Of a stretch of 64,000 nt of DNA, positions 62,229 through 64,000 are shown piece by piece (the stretch's first letter is position 1; the number at the start of each line of letters is the position of its first letter). The translations under genes were made by a program, and so were the position numbers. The notes below the pieces were generated by a model. It saw only the letters and a program-made list of their open reading frames with translations, did no database searches and was not told the DNA's origin. This DNA comes from a virus: positions 10,248 to 74,247 of IMG/VR virus record IMGVR_UViG_3300045996_003284; one strand, 5' to 3'.

Positions 62229-62267
62229 AGCCCACCGGGCTTTCGACCGATGCCACCGGCGCGGTCG
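62229..62267 (-). promoter_or_regulatory. Two C-GGU-G triloop hairpins in the capsid 5' UTR
   Basis: CGACCGCGCC-GGT-GGCATCGGTCG and AGCCC-GGT-GGGCT. Confidence 0.6.
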
Positions 62268-62273
62268 GGCAAC

Positions 62274-62302
62274 AAAAAAGGCGCCCCCGTTTGGGACGCC
62301 TT
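62274..62302 (-). terminator. Intrinsic terminator between scaffold and capsid genes
   Basis: AAGGCGTCCC stem plus TTTTTT. Confidence 0.8.
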
Positions 62303-62328
62303 TCCTCTGCTACAGGGTTGTCCGGGTT

Positions 62329-63180
62329 TTACGCCGGGGGGCGAGTGGCTCCAAGGTGGGAGCCGGCGGCCTTGGCCATCTGTTCGGCTTTGACAAGGCC
62401 ATTGTTGGGCTCGCGAGCGATCCGGCCCTGCTCGGACAGGTTCCAGTGCTCCTTGGTCCACGGGTTCTTGACCGTCCCTGTCAAGTTCGATCCCAGCGCG
62501 CCACCACCGGCAGAACGCTCGAAGAAGTACGGTGCCTGATCCCGAAGATGACGCGTTGCCCATTCCTTTGGTGTCAGCGGGTCGATCCCGTTCTCGCCGA
62601 ACACGATCTCGCCGTTGCGGATCAGAATGACCTCGCGGTGATCGTTAACTGTCCAACCCTCGCGCTCAGCGCGCGACAGGATGTCGGGGATGGCAGTCGG
62701 CAGAGCGCCAGACGTCAGGGAAGCGTCGGTGATTGAGCGATGGATCATGATCCGGCGATTTTCCGCCCGCGCTTCGTCGCGCTCGTTCTCGGTGCGCTTG
62801 AGCACGTCCGAGAGGGCGCGGATCTGGCCGTCGGCGGCGGCCTTCATTTCAGAGACCCGCTGTTCGACGGCTTTTTCAAAACCGCCTTTGTCGATCAGAT
62901 CACGGTCGTCGATTTTCTGACGCAGACCGCGCAAAACATTCAGTTCGTCTCCGAGTTTGTGCGGATCGTCACCCAACGCTCGGTAGGCAGCAACCTGGGA
63001 TTCAAGACTGGCCTTTTCCTTGGCAAGCGAGATGTTGTTGTCGCGGAATTCTTCGAGTTTGGATTTCTCGACAACGTTTTCAACTTCAAGCCGAAAGCGA
63101 CCATCTTCCTGAGGTGCGTAATGCTCCTGAAGATGCTCCGGAACGCTATCAAGGGTATCGACGATAAAGGGGATTTTCAA
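62329..63180 (-). CDS. Capsid scaffolding protein (TTG start)
   Basis: LDSVPE.L...Y....G.F.L.VE, EFRDNN, coiled coil, APYFF..S.GGG...KNPW.KEHWNL.EQG. Confidence 0.88.
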   Translation of the reverse strand: MKIPFIVDTLDSVPEHLQEHYAPQEDGRFRLEVENVVEKSKLEEFRDNNISLAKEKASLESQVAAYRALGDDPHKLGDELNVLRGLRQKIDDRDLIDKGGFEKAVEQRVSEMKAAADGQIRALSDVLKRTENERDEARAENRRIMIHRSITDASLTSGALPTAIPDILSRAEREGWTVNDHREVILIRNGEIVFGENGIDPLTPKEWATRHLRDQAPYFFERSAGGGALGSNLTGTVKNPWTKEHWNLSEQGRIAREPNNGLVKAEQMAKAAGSHLGATRPPA

Positions 63181-63222
63181 GACGACCTCCGGTCATCGCA
63201 AAGCGCAGCACCGCCGCGCTTT
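63181..63222 (-). promoter_or_regulatory. Two C-GGW-G triloop hairpins in the scaffold 5' UTR, one containing the SD
   Basis: AAAGCGCGGC-GGT-GCTGCGCTTT and GATGACC-GGA-GGTCGTC directly before TTG. Confidence 0.65.
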
Positions 63223-63270
63223 TCAAAAGTTCAGTGAGGATTGGGGAAGCCCACGTGGAAACGAGCAAAG

Positions 63271-63301
63271 AAAAACCCGCCGCAGTCAATGCCGGGGCGG
63301 G
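63271..63301 (-). terminator. Intrinsic terminator upstream of the scaffold gene
   Basis: CCCGCC stem plus TTTTT. Confidence 0.65.
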
Positions 63302-63496
63302 AAGTTTACCATGCTCGAAAGACACACCACAGCGCATGCGCCCGGAGCCTGGGCTAGGAGCAGCGGACGCACTCGTGCGAGAACAGTCAATACGCGACGA
63401 CCGGGATTATTCAACTGGTTTTTGGGGATCAAGTCGAAGAATCCCATGAAAAGATCAACACAACGAGAACATGAGGCTTAACGGGCCGGCAAGATT

Positions 63497-63808
63497 GTGG
63501 CTTGGCGGCTGGGGTGGAATAGTGTACGCTTGACGCGGACGAATGTTTTGCAGCAACAGCCTCTGGAGGCCGGAGCGGAGATGACCCAAGAGACCGTTGA
63601 GATTTTTGTCCAAGAGCGCCAACCTCGGCGGGCGCAAAGCGCCGATGACTTGATTCAAGAGAACACACGGCTGCGCCTTGAGGCTCGACGACTGCGCATC
63701 GAGAACAAAGCCCTTGCTCTTGAGAATGAGAGGATTACTCTCAGGCTTGAAGAAATTGACGACAAATTCCAGAATTCAGAAGAATATTGGACGATGATTC
63801 TCCGATGA
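63497..63808 (+). CDS. Small coiled-coil protein (start probably 63581)
   Basis: LIQENTRLRLE..RLRIENKAL.LENE heptads. Confidence 0.55.
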   Translation: MAWRLGWNSVRLTRTNVLQQQPLEAGAEMTQETVEIFVQERQPRRAQSADDLIQENTRLRLEARRLRIENKALALENERITLRLEEIDDKFQNSEEYWTMILR

Positions 63809-64000
63809 AATCCTCAGTTGTGACGGCAGAGAAAACGCAAGATCGCTCCAAGATAGAACGCCAGAAACCAACACTGGCGCCACCCACGGAGCCTTGTCAA
63901 GAACTCAAATGCAAAAAGCGTGTCACGATCCTGCTACACGGCCGACGGCTGTGCAGCGAACACGCCCTGGATGCCTTGCGAAAGTATGTAAACTATAGGG
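63805..64000 (+). CDS. Small zinc-finger-like protein (runs off the window)
   Basis: ATGA overlap; CQELKC-x13-CSEH. Confidence 0.5.
   Translation, partial: MKSSVVTAEKTQDRSKIERQKPTLAPPTEPCQELKCKKRVTILLHGRRLCSEHALDALRKYVNYR

Larger units (their letters stand above)
5932..63180 (-). mobile_element. Siphovirus late (morphogenesis and lysis) region: prophage or phage-plasmid
   Basis: Canonical order scaffold, capsid, neck, tail tube, chaperones, TMP, M-L-K-I-J, fibres, lysis. Boundaries are approximate and no att site was identified. Confidence 0.93.

Noticed and set aside
54003-62393. Long + strand ORFs (54003..55694, 56736..58403, 60020..61345, 61209..62393), also 18501..19736 (+) and 1309..2430 (-)
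   Set aside because: Antisense shadows of well-supported genes, expected in high-GC DNA

Overview
GC-rich window, probably from an alphaproteobacterial host (inferred from protein style, not tested). It holds two convergent modules. (1) Positions 1-5860 (+) are the distal end of a P-type (Trb) conjugation region: trbF/virB8 3' end, trbG/virB9, trbI/virB10, an RHH regulator, a small lipoprotein, traF, and a MobC-like RHH gene. (2) Positions ~5900-63200 (-) are the late operon of a long-tailed siphovirus: scaffold, major capsid, head-tail joining, tail tube, frameshifted G/GT chaperones, a 1678-aa tape measure, lambda-like M-L-K-I-J tip genes, fibres and lysis genes. An Acb2-like anti-CBASS gene sits inside this operon. 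The most unusual part is a ~26 kb block (34.7-60.3 kb) between the capsid gene and the head-tail adaptor. It encodes many beta-helix, lectin, esterase and Calx-beta proteins, three paralogous adaptors, and two paralogous filament-like cassettes, each with a 24-aa-repeat protein. Short recurrent motifs (F/Y-x3-F/Y-x3-F/Y, LKxxMP...D..D.ID, LLxxxG, RRR tags) recur in this block and in the tail-fibre genes. I interpret this, as an inference, as a modular plug-and-socket glycan-binding/degrading appendage system. Other points: four C-GGW-G triloop hairpins before the scaffold and capsid genes, a tail receptor gene split by in-frame stops, and an RTX moron. No rRNA, tRNA, CRISPR array, integrase, terminase or portal was seen. 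All family calls come from motif recognition by eye, with no database searches.
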